60,859 bases of DNA from contig NC_057750.1 in the NCBI RefSeq assembly GCF_004010195.1, forward strand, positions 1-60,859, in the 5' to 3' direction. The notes below the pieces were generated by a model, which was not told the origin of the DNA, did no database searches, and was given only the letters and a program-made list of their open reading frames with translations. Positions 1 to 10,500 of this stretch are shown in pieces. Within the stretch, counting starts at the first letter, position 1. Each line of letters begins with the position of its first letter. This DNA comes from Chiloscyllium plagiosum (lineage: Eukaryota). Both the position numbers and the translations under genes were made by a program.

Positions 1-299
1 GTAGGAATACTGCTCAGGATAGATGAAATCATAAGGGAAATACACCAACAATCCATCAATATTCAATCTGAGGAAACAGAGAAATGCATTGCCAGCACTG
101 GGAGTTAGATGCTGGTTACAGTATATTTCAGTCTATAAATACTATTTTAGAATGGTTACATTTTTTTTGCCCTTTGAATTGGAGATTCCTATCCACCAAT
201 TCACTAAAGTCAAGCTCATTGTTCCCATTTTATAAATCTCCTCTTAGTGCTGTTCCAATCTGATACATACAGTCTAACAACTGCAATCACACCGAGCAC

Positions 300-740
300 C
301 CGAAGAATTGTCTATCATTCAATAAGGCCACCTCTTATTCTTCTAAATGCCAATGAAAACAGGTCAAACCTACACAACTCCTCCTCATAAGAAAGTCCCT
401 CCACACCTGGAATCAACTTAGTGAACCTTCTCTGGACTGCCTCCAGTGCTAGGATACCATTCCTCAGATAAAGAGGCACAAAAACTTCAATATTTCAGCT
501 ATGGCCTTGTACAGTTTTAGCAAGCCTTCCATATTGACATACTCCATGCCCTCTGAAATAAAGACCAACAAACCATTTGCCTTCCCTAGGTAAAAAAACA
601 AGGACTGCAGATGCTGGAAACCAGATTCTGGATCAGTGTTGCTGGAGAAGCACAGCAGGTCAGGCAGCATCCGAGGGCAGGAGTCCTTCATCAGGAATAC
701 CCTAACCTACTGACTTGCAAATTAGCGTTTTGTAGTTTAT
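300..740 (-). mobile_element. Decayed CR1 fragment
   Basis: gtgaaccttctctggactgcctccagtgc, the CR1 RT C-terminal region on the minus strand. Confidence 0.6.
591..698 (-). mobile_element. Family A element (ribozyme partly deleted) inserted in CR1
   Basis: aggactgcagatgctgg...cagcaggtcaggcagcatcc...ccttcatcaggaat. Confidence 0.7.
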
Positions 741-784
741 GCACAAGGACCTCCATATCCCCTCCCATGCTCTCCCCCTCTCTC

Positions 785-1000
785 TTTCACCTCATTTTCG
801 CCGCTTCACCTCCAGTCCCGCCCTCTCCGGTGTCCGCCAATCACATTTCCCCTTTCCCAGTCTCCGCTTCCTATTGGTGGCCCTGCCTGCCCATCCGTCC
901 TCTCCAGCCCTCTCCAATCGAACGCCGCCCTGATAGCCAGGGAGAGGAGTCGAGCGCCGATTGACATGGATGGAGTAGCTCCGCCCCCTTTCCAGCTGCA
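785..1000 (-). promoter_or_regulatory. CpG-rich CCAAT/GC-box promoter-like region, possibly of a divergent gene
   Basis: CCAAT motifs near 837 (gccaatca), 871 (attgg) and 914 (ccaatcg); GC boxes near 818 and 981; CpG cluster in AT-rich surroundings; possible minus-strand donor ATGAG|gtgaaa near 790. Confidence 0.55.
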
Positions 1001-1177
1001 GAGAGCATTGAGCCAGATTACCACCTTCAAACACAGGCTGCCTTAATTCGGCAGTTTCTCCATCCAAGTCTCCATTCCAAACAAACTATCTCGGTGTCAT
1101 ACAGCATAGAGGAGGCCTTTCGGTCCATTGAATCTCCCACCGTTAACATTTGGAGACTATAGCCTCACACAACAGGA

Positions 1178-1506
1178 AGAGAGAAAGTGAGGTCTGCAGA
1201 TGCTGGAGATCAGAGATGGAAATGTGAGGAGGCCTTTCGGTCCATTGAATCTCCCACCGTTAACATTTGGAGACTATAGCCTCACACAACAGGAAGAGAG
1301 AAAGTGAGGACTGCAGATGCATGGAGATCAGAGCTGAAAATGTGTTGCTGGAAAAGCACAGCAGGTCAGGCAGCATCCAGGGAACAGGAGAATCGACGTT
1401 TCGGGCATAAGCCCTTCTTCAGGAATCTTATGCCCAAAACGTCGATTCTCCTGCTCCTTGGATGCTGCCTGACCTGCTGCACTTTTCCAGCAACACATTT
1501 TCAGCA
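1178..1506. mobile_element. Family A element as an inverted pair, with a 117-bp local duplication
   Basis: Arms 1333-1411 / 1427-1505; TSD cacacaacaggaa 1283-1295 / 1507-1519; direct repeat starting 1109 and 1226. Confidence 0.75.
1391..1426 (-). ncRNA. Minimal type-I hammerhead ribozyme (family A)
   Basis: Reverse complement attc-CTGAAGA-agggc-ttat-gccc-GAAACGTC-gatt. Confidence 0.7.
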
Positions 1507-2046
1507 CACACAACAGGAACCCTGCTTTCCCTGTCCAATTGTATTAAGGCTTATTCCTGTGCTCCAGACACCAAACTTTACTATTCTTACACACCTGCTA
1601 ATTTAATCTGATACTATCTTTAATTTTAGGCAGCCACAAATTGTCAATTTTCCTTCAGAATTTTATCTCTGCATTATTTATCTTAAAATCTTTCTTTCAC
1701 TTGCTGTCACATATTATCAAGCTCCACACTATTTATTCTCCTCTCCTGAACAACCTTGGGTAGTACTGTAGTTATCACTGCTGCCTCACTGCACCAGTGA
1801 CCCGGGTTCAATCCCACCCTTGGGTGACTGTGTGGAATTTGCACATTCTCCCCATGTCTGCATGGGTTTCCTCCAGGTGGTCTGCTTTCCTCCCAAACGT
1901 TAAAGATATGCAGATTAGATAGATTGGTAATGGGAAGTTGCCCATAGTATCCAGGGATGCATAGGCTAGGTGGATTACAGTGAAACAATAGAGGGTGGTA
2001 TACACTTTGGAGGGTCAGTGTGGACTCAATGGGCTAGATGGCTTGC

Positions 2047-2081
2047 TTCCTGAAGAAGGGCCTGTGCCCGAAACGTCGAAT
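2047..2081 (+). ncRNA. Minimal type-I hammerhead ribozyme (family A)
   Basis: ttc-CTGAAGA-agggc-ctgt-gccc-GAAACGTC-gaa; identical core to the 45019 copy. Confidence 0.78.
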
Positions 2082-2175
2082 CTCCTGTTCCCTGGATGCT
2101 GCCTGACCTGCTGTGCTGTTCCAGCAATAAAGTTTCAACTTTGATCTCCAGCATCTGCAGACTCACTTTCTTCCC
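2051..2175 (+). mobile_element. ~125-bp non-autonomous hammerhead-bearing Penelope-derived element (family A), young copy inserted in a SINE
   Basis: 11-bp TSD ggcttgcttcc (2040-2050 / 2176-2186); near-identical to 45023-45145. Confidence 0.8.
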
Positions 2176-2419
2176 GGCTTGCTTCCACGCTCAAGGGATC
2201 CATGATTCTCTCCTCACACATTACATAGTTGGTTTTATTTAACTTCAAGATCCTTATCTTGGATTGAAGTATGCATCTGTCAAACTTAATGTAAGAATCT
2301 TATTTTATGATTACTCTGACTCAATGGATCTTTGATATCATACACAATATTGAAGCTGAAGTACCAGTTGGCAGTATTGAGGGAATCTCTGTTGCATCTG
2401 GTCTGATGCTATCACCTTG

Positions 2420-3360
2420 CACTGGGCATCCTTCCTCAACTAAGGATACTCCCCATCACTGTGTTTGACACAACCCTCAATCATTCAACCATGTCTGACC
2501 CACCTCCAGCACCTCTGCCCTTACTCATTCCCCTCCCTCCCAGAACAAAAATTGACCTCCTCTTATCCTCACTTTCCACTCCACATTCAAAGGATTGTCC
2601 TCTGCTATTTCTATAACCAATTCTGTGGGATGTCACCATCAAATAAATCTTCCTTTAACCTTCCATGACATAATTCCACAGGAACTCCACAACACCCTGG
2701 TCTACTCCTCCATCACACCTAACTCTTCCTCACTCCTCCATGGCATTTTCCTATGCAGCCACAGAAGGTGTAACACTTGCCTATTTTCCAGTCTCTTCAT
2801 GCCCCCCAAGGGCCCAAACACACTAACCAGGCAAAACTGCATTTTACATGTAGGCAGAAGTGAGGACTGCAGATGCTGGAAATCAGAGTCTAGATTAGAG
2901 TAGTGCTGGAAAAGCACAGCAGGTCAGGCAGCATCCAAGGAGCAGGAAAATCGACATTTCAGGCAAAAGCCCTTCATCAGGAAGGTGGAGACCTTGCCTT
3001 CATTCCTGATGAAGAGCTTTTGCCTGAAATGTCGATTTTCCTGCTCCTCGGATGCTGCCTGATCTGCTGTGCTTTTCCAGCACCACTCTAATCTAGACCC
3101 AGCATTTTACACGTACTTCATTCAATCTAATCCACTGTATTTGCTGCTCACAGTGCAGTCTCCTCTACATTGTAGACTGGTGACCACTTTGCAGAACACC
3201 TCTGTTCTGTTTGTAAGAATGGCTCAAACTCCAACCTTCCAGTTGCTTACCAGTTCAATAAACCAGCTTGAGTTCATGCTAACATTTCTAACCTGGGACT
3301 GCTGCAGTGCTTCAAAGAAACACAATGCAAGATTAACCAATAACAGCCTGCTTTCCAGCC
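2420..3360 (+). mobile_element. Highly decayed Penelope-like ORF remnant hosting younger insertions
   Basis: Remnants such as ctctacattg...ggtgaccactttgcagaacacctc (YIG..GDRFAEHL-like); no intact ORF. Confidence 0.5.
2853..3101. mobile_element. Family A element as an inverted pair (96-bp arms)
   Basis: Arms 2888-2983 / 3003-3098; TSD gcattttacaYgta 2839-2852 / 3102-3115. Confidence 0.78.
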
Positions 3361-3369
3361 TTATAGCCT

Positions 3370-3603
3370 TAGCGGGTTTTGAGAAGATTTGTAGCTCAGG
3401 TCGAGGTTCTGGATGTAGGTTTGCTCGCTGAGCTGGAAGGTTTGGTTTCAGACATTTCATCACCATACTAGGTAACATCTTCATACTAGGTACCATATCA
3501 CCAGTGTTTCATCCAAAGGATCATTGATGTTGTCTAGTATGATGATAAAGTGTCCATAACTAAACCTTGCAGCTCAGTGAGCAAAACCTACATCCAGAAC
3601 TTG
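3370..3603. mobile_element. Decayed inverted pLTR pair (family B2)
   Basis: gagaagatttgtagctcag...ggatgtaggtttgctcgctgagctgg and its inverse cagctcagtgagcaaaacctacatccagaac. Confidence 0.65.
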
Positions 3604-4912
3604 ACAGCCTCTAGGACTCAACGTTGAATTCCAAAATATGAGACCATCACTGGATGTACCGCTACAGCTGTGAAGAAGAGTAATCTAGACTCAAAACGTT
3701 ATCTTGCTCTCTCTTTCTCTCCATGGATGCTGCCTGACCCACTGTGATTTCTAGCATTTTTTTTATTTCAGTCCATGAGATCATTCCACCTCAGTCCACA
3801 ATTTTTATTATATTCACCCACCCCACTCTCATCCACACACACACACACACACCCATGTCTTGTTTGTTTGAGTCTTTTTGGCTTTGCTCTTAGCAGAATG
3901 GACTCATCTTATCCTATCACACCTCTCATTTACACTAATTTTAAATCTCCATCACTCCTTTACCACCATGAGCACTGCCTTGATATTTTGTTCTGGTCAC
4001 ACTCATCATTTGTTCTAATCACTCCTCCTTCCCCTCTTGCTGCAGCACAAAAGAAATTCCAACTCCTTTCGGTTCTAAAAATAAGTTACATTGAATTGAA
4101 AACTTACCTTTACTTCTCTCCACAGACTTAGCCAGCCTGCTGAGATTCTCCAGTACTTTCATTGTAAAATTTTAGTTCAAATTTACAGCGTACACAGTAT
4201 TTTCCTTTGATTGGGACTTAGACAGTATTGCTCTCTCAGAGGAGTGGATCCTGGAATGAGGCATTAAACAGAGCCCTGTTCTCTCTTGATCCCACAGCAT
4301 CACTCAAACGAGTACTATCAGGTTTTGCAAATGTGTGGGAAATATTTATCCCTTAACAAACACATAAATCATCTGATAGTTTATTACATTTTTATTTTTG
4401 GGACCTTGCTACACATAAATTGCCCATTGCATTTCCTATAACAGTGCTTGCATTTCAAAAGTAATCCGCTGGCTGTAAAATGATAGGTTCGAAAATGGTA
4501 AAAGATGCTGTAAAAATTCACATTTTTTTATCACACTGGAAGAAATATCTGAAAGCAGATCACATTCTAGAGGAACAGAAAATAGGGAACGTATGAAGAG
4601 AAACAAAGAATGAATTAGATGTGCTATTTAAATTGGGTTTTATGACTGCAGTTATTTCATGTGAGAATTATTTAAGAAATTTATTTTGAATTTGAAGCTT
4701 AAGGGTTTATTTTGGGGAGGATATGATGAGGGTGCATTTTTAGGGGTTATTTATTATTTAAGTGATTTATTTATTTCGAAGAAGCTTTGATGGAGGGTTA
4801 TACAAAGAACAAAGAACGCTACAGCATAGGAACAGGCCCATCTGCCCTCCAAGCCTGTACCATCATATTTTGCCCTTCACACTGAAACTGTCTGCACTTA
4901 CAGGGTCCGTAT

Positions 4913-5565
4913 TGTGGGATATAGGTGAATTAATGTTATTTCTGCAAATTATAAGTTCTGATACAGAGTAGATGAATTCACATTAGTCTGTGATTGTTTT
5001 CTCAGCTAGGAGCTGAGTTAGCAAAAATGGGAACTACATCGAGGAAGGACTTAGCATGAGACGTGATTACAGAACAATGGTAGAAATACAGGCACTAGAT
5101 AAAATGCTGTGAAAAGAGGCCTTTATAAACATCTGTTTCCCACTTGTACAGAGACACAGGAACAAACCCCAATTAAAAGGGCTTAGTGATAAGATGCTGT
5201 GAGGGGCAGCGCAGATGGAGGGAGCAGATAATGGTAAGCAAAGGATGGGATGACGTCAAATAACTTTATGGGAGGCAGAGATAGACATTTGTCACTGACA
5301 AGGCCGGATAAACAGAAGTTGTGGGATCAGTCTTAAGGAAATGAATGACGTAAGCGGAGAATGGGGCAAACAATGGAATAAGGAAAAATATGGGGATTCA
5401 AACTGTATAAATTTCGAGAGTTTGTTGGATTTGGTGTGCATTTGTCATTGCCTTACCTGGCATTAGACATGGCACCCACTTGCAAGTGTACAAATAAACG
5501 ACACTGTTTCAGATTTTTGGTCTCGGACTGAAATTATTGAAGTGAGTGAGCTTTTGTTTCTCACA
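4913..5565 (+). mobile_element. Solo LTR (LTR retrotransposon/ERV) inserted in a CR1 3' end
   Basis: TGTGGGAT...TTCTCACA termini; perfect 4-bp TSD GTAT (4909-4912 / 5566-5569); internal TATA-like and AATAAA motifs. Confidence 0.8.
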
Positions 5566-6570
5566 GTATGCCTCTATTCCCTTCCTATTCATGTATTCGG
5601 CCAGATTCATCTTGAAATGATGCTGTTGTGTCTACTTCCACCACTTGCTCTGGCAGCGCATTCCAGGCATTCACTACCCTTTGGGTGAAAAACTTGCCTT
5701 GCACAACTCTTTTAAACTTACTCCCCCTCCTCACACTTTGACCTGTGTCTCTTCGTAATTGACCCCTCCACTCTGGTAAAAGCCTCATACTTTCCACTCT
5801 ATCTATGCCATTCATAATCTTATAAACTAGGAGAAAGTGAGGACTGCATAATCTTATAAACTTCTATTGGATCCCCTTCAATCTCTTGCATCTTAGTGAA
5901 AATAAAGCCAGTCTACCCAATGTTTCTTCATAGCTAAAGTCTCCCATACCTGGCAACATCCTGGTAAACCTTTTTTGTACCTTCTCCAAAGCATCCTTCT
6001 GGTAGTGTGGTGACCAGAATTGTATGCAATATTCTAACTGTGGCACAACTAACATTCTATAAAGCTGCAGCATAACGTGTCCATCAATATATTCAATGGC
6101 CCTTCCAATGAATGGAATCATGTCATAACCTTTTTTTTTAAACTACCTTATACCCAGGTCCCTCTGCATATCAATACTCCTAAGGTCTCTGCCATTCACT
6201 GTATAATTTTCAATTGTACTTGAGCTTCCAAAATGGATCACCTCACATTTGTCTAGATTAACTCCCATCTGCCATTTTCTGCCCATGCCTCCAACTAATC
6301 TATATCCTGCTGTATCCTCTGACAACCTTCCTCACTTTCCATAACTCCACCAATCTTTGTATCATTCGCAAACTTACTAATTAGACCTGCTACATATTCC
6401 TCCAAATCAGTTATGTAGACCACAAAGAGCAGAGGTCCCAGCATTGATCCCAGTGCAACACCATGAGTCACAACCCTCCATTCCACAAAGCATCCTTCCA
6501 CTGCCACCCTTTTTCCCTTGACTAAGCCAGTTCTGTATCCATCTTGCCAACTCACCCTGATACCGTGTAA
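5566..6570 (-). mobile_element. CR1 LINE 3' fragment (continues 4800-4912)
   Basis: ORFs GPLLFVVYITDL..SKFANDTKIGG and LEYCIQFWSPHY. Confidence 0.85.
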
Positions 6571-6649
6571 TTTAGGAAGTATTTATGAGAAGTTCATTTT
6601 TAATTTTGAGGTTCACTTGGAGTGGGTTAATTTTTGTTTTTTTTTTATC

Positions 6650-6885
6650 TTGTTCACTGGAAGGGGGCTGCATTTCCTGCCCATCCCTAATTGCCCAGAG
6701 GACAGTTGTGAGTCAACCACACAGCTGTGGGTCTGGAGTCACATGTAGACCAGACCAGGTAAAGGAGGCAGTTTCTTTCCCTAAAGGCCATGAGTGAATC
6801 TGATGGATTTTTCCAGCAATTGACAATGTTCAGGGTCACCCTGAGACTCTTCAATTCTTCCAAAAATTCAAATTCCACCATGTGG
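6650..6885. mobile_element. Common LINE-3'-derived interspersed repeat; copies at ~11755-12085, 16290-16545, 19010-19450; related L2-like fragments at 10490-11060, 29605-30060, 44690-45350
   Basis: Recurrent cccatccctaattgcccagaggacagtt..gggtctggagtcacatgtag..ccagacc motif. Confidence 0.55.
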
Positions 6886-7204
6886 CGGGGTGTTATTGGG
6901 GAGGTTGTGGGGATTATTTAGTGATTTATTGTGGGTGTATTCAGGGGGTGGGAGATATTTGAGTAATTTATATAAATGGGGATTTATGGCGGGTGGCCGA
7001 CCATGAGCCGCTACCTGAATGTGATCCCGGACAGCAAACCCCCCCCCCCCCCCCCCCCCCCCCGGGAGGTCAGTGTGTGTCCCTGGGAGGGCCCGGATTC
7101 ACTCCACACCCTCCCCCTCCCCTCCCCATCCCACGGGGTTATGGGGTGACCCCTGGGATGTGTGTATCCCGGGGGGGGGGGGAATGGCGGGCCGCGGGCG
7201 GCAC

Positions 7205-7294
7205 NNNNNNNNNNNNNNNNNNNNNNNNNNNNNNNNNNNNNNNNNNNNNNNNNNNNNNNNNNNNNNNNNNNNNNNNNNNNNNNNNNNNNNNNNN
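7205..7294. other. Assembly gap (90 N)
   Basis: Run of N. Confidence 1.
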
Positions 7295-7452
7295 TCAACC
7301 CCGCCCCTTCTCCCCGCGGGGTCAGCCCCGCCCCCTCCCTCTGGTCAGCCCCGCCCCTCCCCGCCCCGCCCCGCACCCACCGCTCGGGCCTCAGCTAACA
7401 CCCGAGCCCAGGCCCGCACCCGCACTAGGCCCCGAGCCTCGGTGTGATGGTG

Positions 7453-7533
7453 ATGGGAGACGCGGTTCTGTTCGAGTTGCTGCACCTGGAGATGGTGGCG
7501 CAGGTTTACTCAGAGCCCGAGAGCGGAGACACG
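7453..7533 (+). CDS. trappc6bl: TRAPPC6 coding exon 1 (MGDAVLFELLHLEMVAQVYSEPESGDT)
   Basis: ATG at 7453 (alternative in-frame ATG at 7447); donor ACG|gtaacc at 7534; matches the TRAPPC6 N-terminus LF..LH.EMV. Confidence 0.9.
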
Positions 7534-10500
7534 GTAACCCCGGGCCTGGGGGGTGGGGGATGAGAGGGGGGTGTCCCCCCCCAAATATACCCAGGCCCGG
7601 GGGGGTAACCCCCAAATATACCCAGGCCCGGGGGGGGGTAACCCCCAAATATACCCAGGCCCGGGGGGGTAACCCCCAAATATACCCGGGCCCGGGGCCG
7701 TGGGGGGGGAGAGACTGCATATCACTGAAATATACCCGGCACTGGAGAGGAGACTGGATATCACCCAAATATAATGTACGCTAAATATACCCCAGATATG
7801 GGGATATACACCCTGAATTAGGTCCAAAATAGTATCCTAAATATTATACAAATATACCAGAGTCTCTACAGTGTGGAAACAGGCCCTTCGACCCAGCAAG
7901 TCTGCACCAACCCTCTGAAGTGTAACCCGCCCAGACCCATTCCCCCCATCACTCTACATTTCCCCCTGATGAATGCACCTAACCTACATATCACTGAACG
8001 CAATGGGCAATTTAGCATAGCCAATTCACCTAACCTGCGCATCTTTGGACTGTGGGAGGAAACCGGAGCACCCAGAGGAAACCCACATAGACACGGGGAG
8101 AATGTGCAAACTCCACACAGTTGCCTGAGGCTGGAATCAAACCCAGATTTCTGGCACTGTGAGGTAGCATTGCTAACCACTGAGCTACCGTACCGCATCT
8201 GACAAAGTGCCTCCTGAGTATCCTCAGATGCTGCCTGAACGACTGTGGTTTTCCAGCACTGCACTCATGTGTATCACCTCAATAAACCCTACACCATAAA
8301 ATAGACCATAGACACACTCTTAATTTACTTAAAAATGAATAAGACCTGATTTAACCCTGAATGTAGCCTAAATACCTTAAGATTGACACATTTTAAAAAA
8401 ATCCAAATATACTATAATGCAATCCAGATATACTAACACAAACTACAAATAACTCCATATAGCCATAAATAAACTTGATAATACACTTAACTAAAACCTA
8501 AATGTATTGTAAATTATCTTAAAATTAATCTAATCTTGATGTACTTCAAATGTATCATAAATAAACCCTTACATTTACCTATACCTATACTGAAATAAGC
8601 CCTATACATAAAATGATGATAAACTAAGCATATATTGCAAACTCAGTTCTCCATAACAAGGTTTCTGACCCTGTGGTGACCTTTTCATGCTGTGCTGTAA
8701 AAATGCATTTATTCTGATTGATTCTTACAGATCTTTTACTGTGGAAGTAGGTATTCCTACTTTCCTGGTGTCGATGAGTAAACATTGTGAGGTTTGGATC
8801 CCAGAGTCAGAAGGAAGAACTTTTTCAGTTCTGAGAGTCTCAGCTGCCTTGGGCACCACACCTCATCAAGGAGATATTCCCCTTGGAGGGCCTGTAGTAT
8901 GCTTTCACCTGAATAGTATCTCTGCTAAAATAGTTCCGCTATGAAGACCAGTTGTATAGATCTGGTCTGTAGTTGCTTGAGTTGAAAAGGTTAGTTCATC
9001 TGAATGAGATCTTTTTAATAAGTTCAAGGCTGATATGGATTTATATAGAAGAATTTAATCATTTTTTTTCTGAAACATATGACACTGTATGTGACTAAAG
9101 TAGAGCTGAGGCTGTGCTGCATTTGTTAAACTCCATTGTTTCTGCCAACAGGAACATGGGAAATCCATTTCCACATTGGAAGGGATGGGTTTTCGGGCAG
9201 GACAAGGTTTAATCGAGAGGTTAGTGACCACGTGCCTCATGGATCTGCTGATGTTACATTACAGTGCAGTAGAGACAATGATTAGTTATTCTGAAATGAC
9301 CTGGTAAGACCATCCTGTCTCCCTGCTATGCAATGCATTTTGATCAGACCTGCCTCAGATTCACTGCTGCAGAGAATGTTCCTCTTATTCGCTGATGCTG
9401 GTACGATTTGCCTTTGCTACCTAACCACGGTTTTAGGAGGTTCGACCTCACAACAAACTCTGGCATTGACCTTAGTAACGTGTATTGATGCAAAGAATGA
9501 ACAGAACAGGGTGGGTGCATGGAATGCACTGCCAGTGGAGATGGTGGAAGCAGAGACACGTTAGCAATGTTTAAAGCATACCTTGATAGACACGTGAATG
9601 GGAGGCACACAGTGCAATACAAACTGTGCATGGGCAGTAAGTAGCAGGTCTAAATAAGAATCAGATTTGGCGCAGAATTGGTGGGCCGAAAGGCATTGTC
9701 TTGAATTGAACATGATTTTAATGTGATTTTTTTTTTGTTGTGACATTTGTTTCCAGTCATTTTGTTTTCTGATAAATATGACTCAAAGCTTATGGCCATT
9801 TTATAGCTTGTTGTCAGTCAGCGAGCATGGCACAATTCCTATTGCTGTTGTATATGATGATTCTCTGCAGGTTCGTGTTACCAGCCTCATCTTGTCTTTC
9901 CCATTGTGCTACCTTCAAACCTTGTCTCTGTTTTATCTCTTTCTGTCATAGCATCAAATCTTTCCAGCAATGAGCACTTCTGATCTACAGAATAACTATG
10001 TAGCCAAAACTTGTATCCTAACTCCTCCAGAAAAAAAATATTCAGCATTAACCCGAAAACACCATTGATCACCCAGTGTCAGCGATTGAGTCACCAGAAC
10101 AGGATGATTTCCAGGTTTAATGTTGAGTCCGCTGATTCTCCGCAGCAGTTGAACATTCAGTAATTTCCATGAAGCCAATCAGAACAGCTCTTGCTTCAGA
10201 TGGGTGTTGTAGGATCACTGGGACATAATTCACATGTGCTCAATCAGTCTAACAGTTGTCTGAGTTCTCTGCACTCCGTGTAATGATGACTTCTTGTGCA
10301 GCCTCCATTTTTATCCCATCATCAGTGACAATCACGCCATCAGTTGTGTGAGCTCTAAACCTATGGGATTACCTCTTAAAACTTAACTATTTCTACCTGA
10401 TCTCACTGAAGACATGCCTTAGAACCAACTTCGTTGACCAAGTTTTGCTCCTATATCCTTATGTGACTTGGCTGCCATTTCAGTTATTCTTTCATGGGAT

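Larger units (their letters stand above)
1758..2210 (+). mobile_element. tRNA-derived HE1/V-SINE-type SINE (interrupted by a family A element)
   Basis: B box ggttcaatcc; central gggtttcctcc..gctttcctccca domain. Confidence 0.75.
6990..7560 (+). promoter_or_regulatory. CpG-island / GC-box promoter of TRAPPC6
   Basis: Very GC- and CpG-rich; multiple CCCCGCCC Sp1-type boxes at 7299-7375 just upstream of the ATG; contains an assembly gap. Confidence 0.8.

Noticed and set aside
3668..3705. Active hammerhead in old family D copies (also 4070, 16205, 56800-56880)
   Set aside because: The catalytic core is mutated; these are fossils only
6993..7827. Long Pro/Gly-rich ORFs over the CpG island
   Set aside because: Artefacts of GC-rich promoter, N gap and minisatellite; the true exon 1 is in another frame
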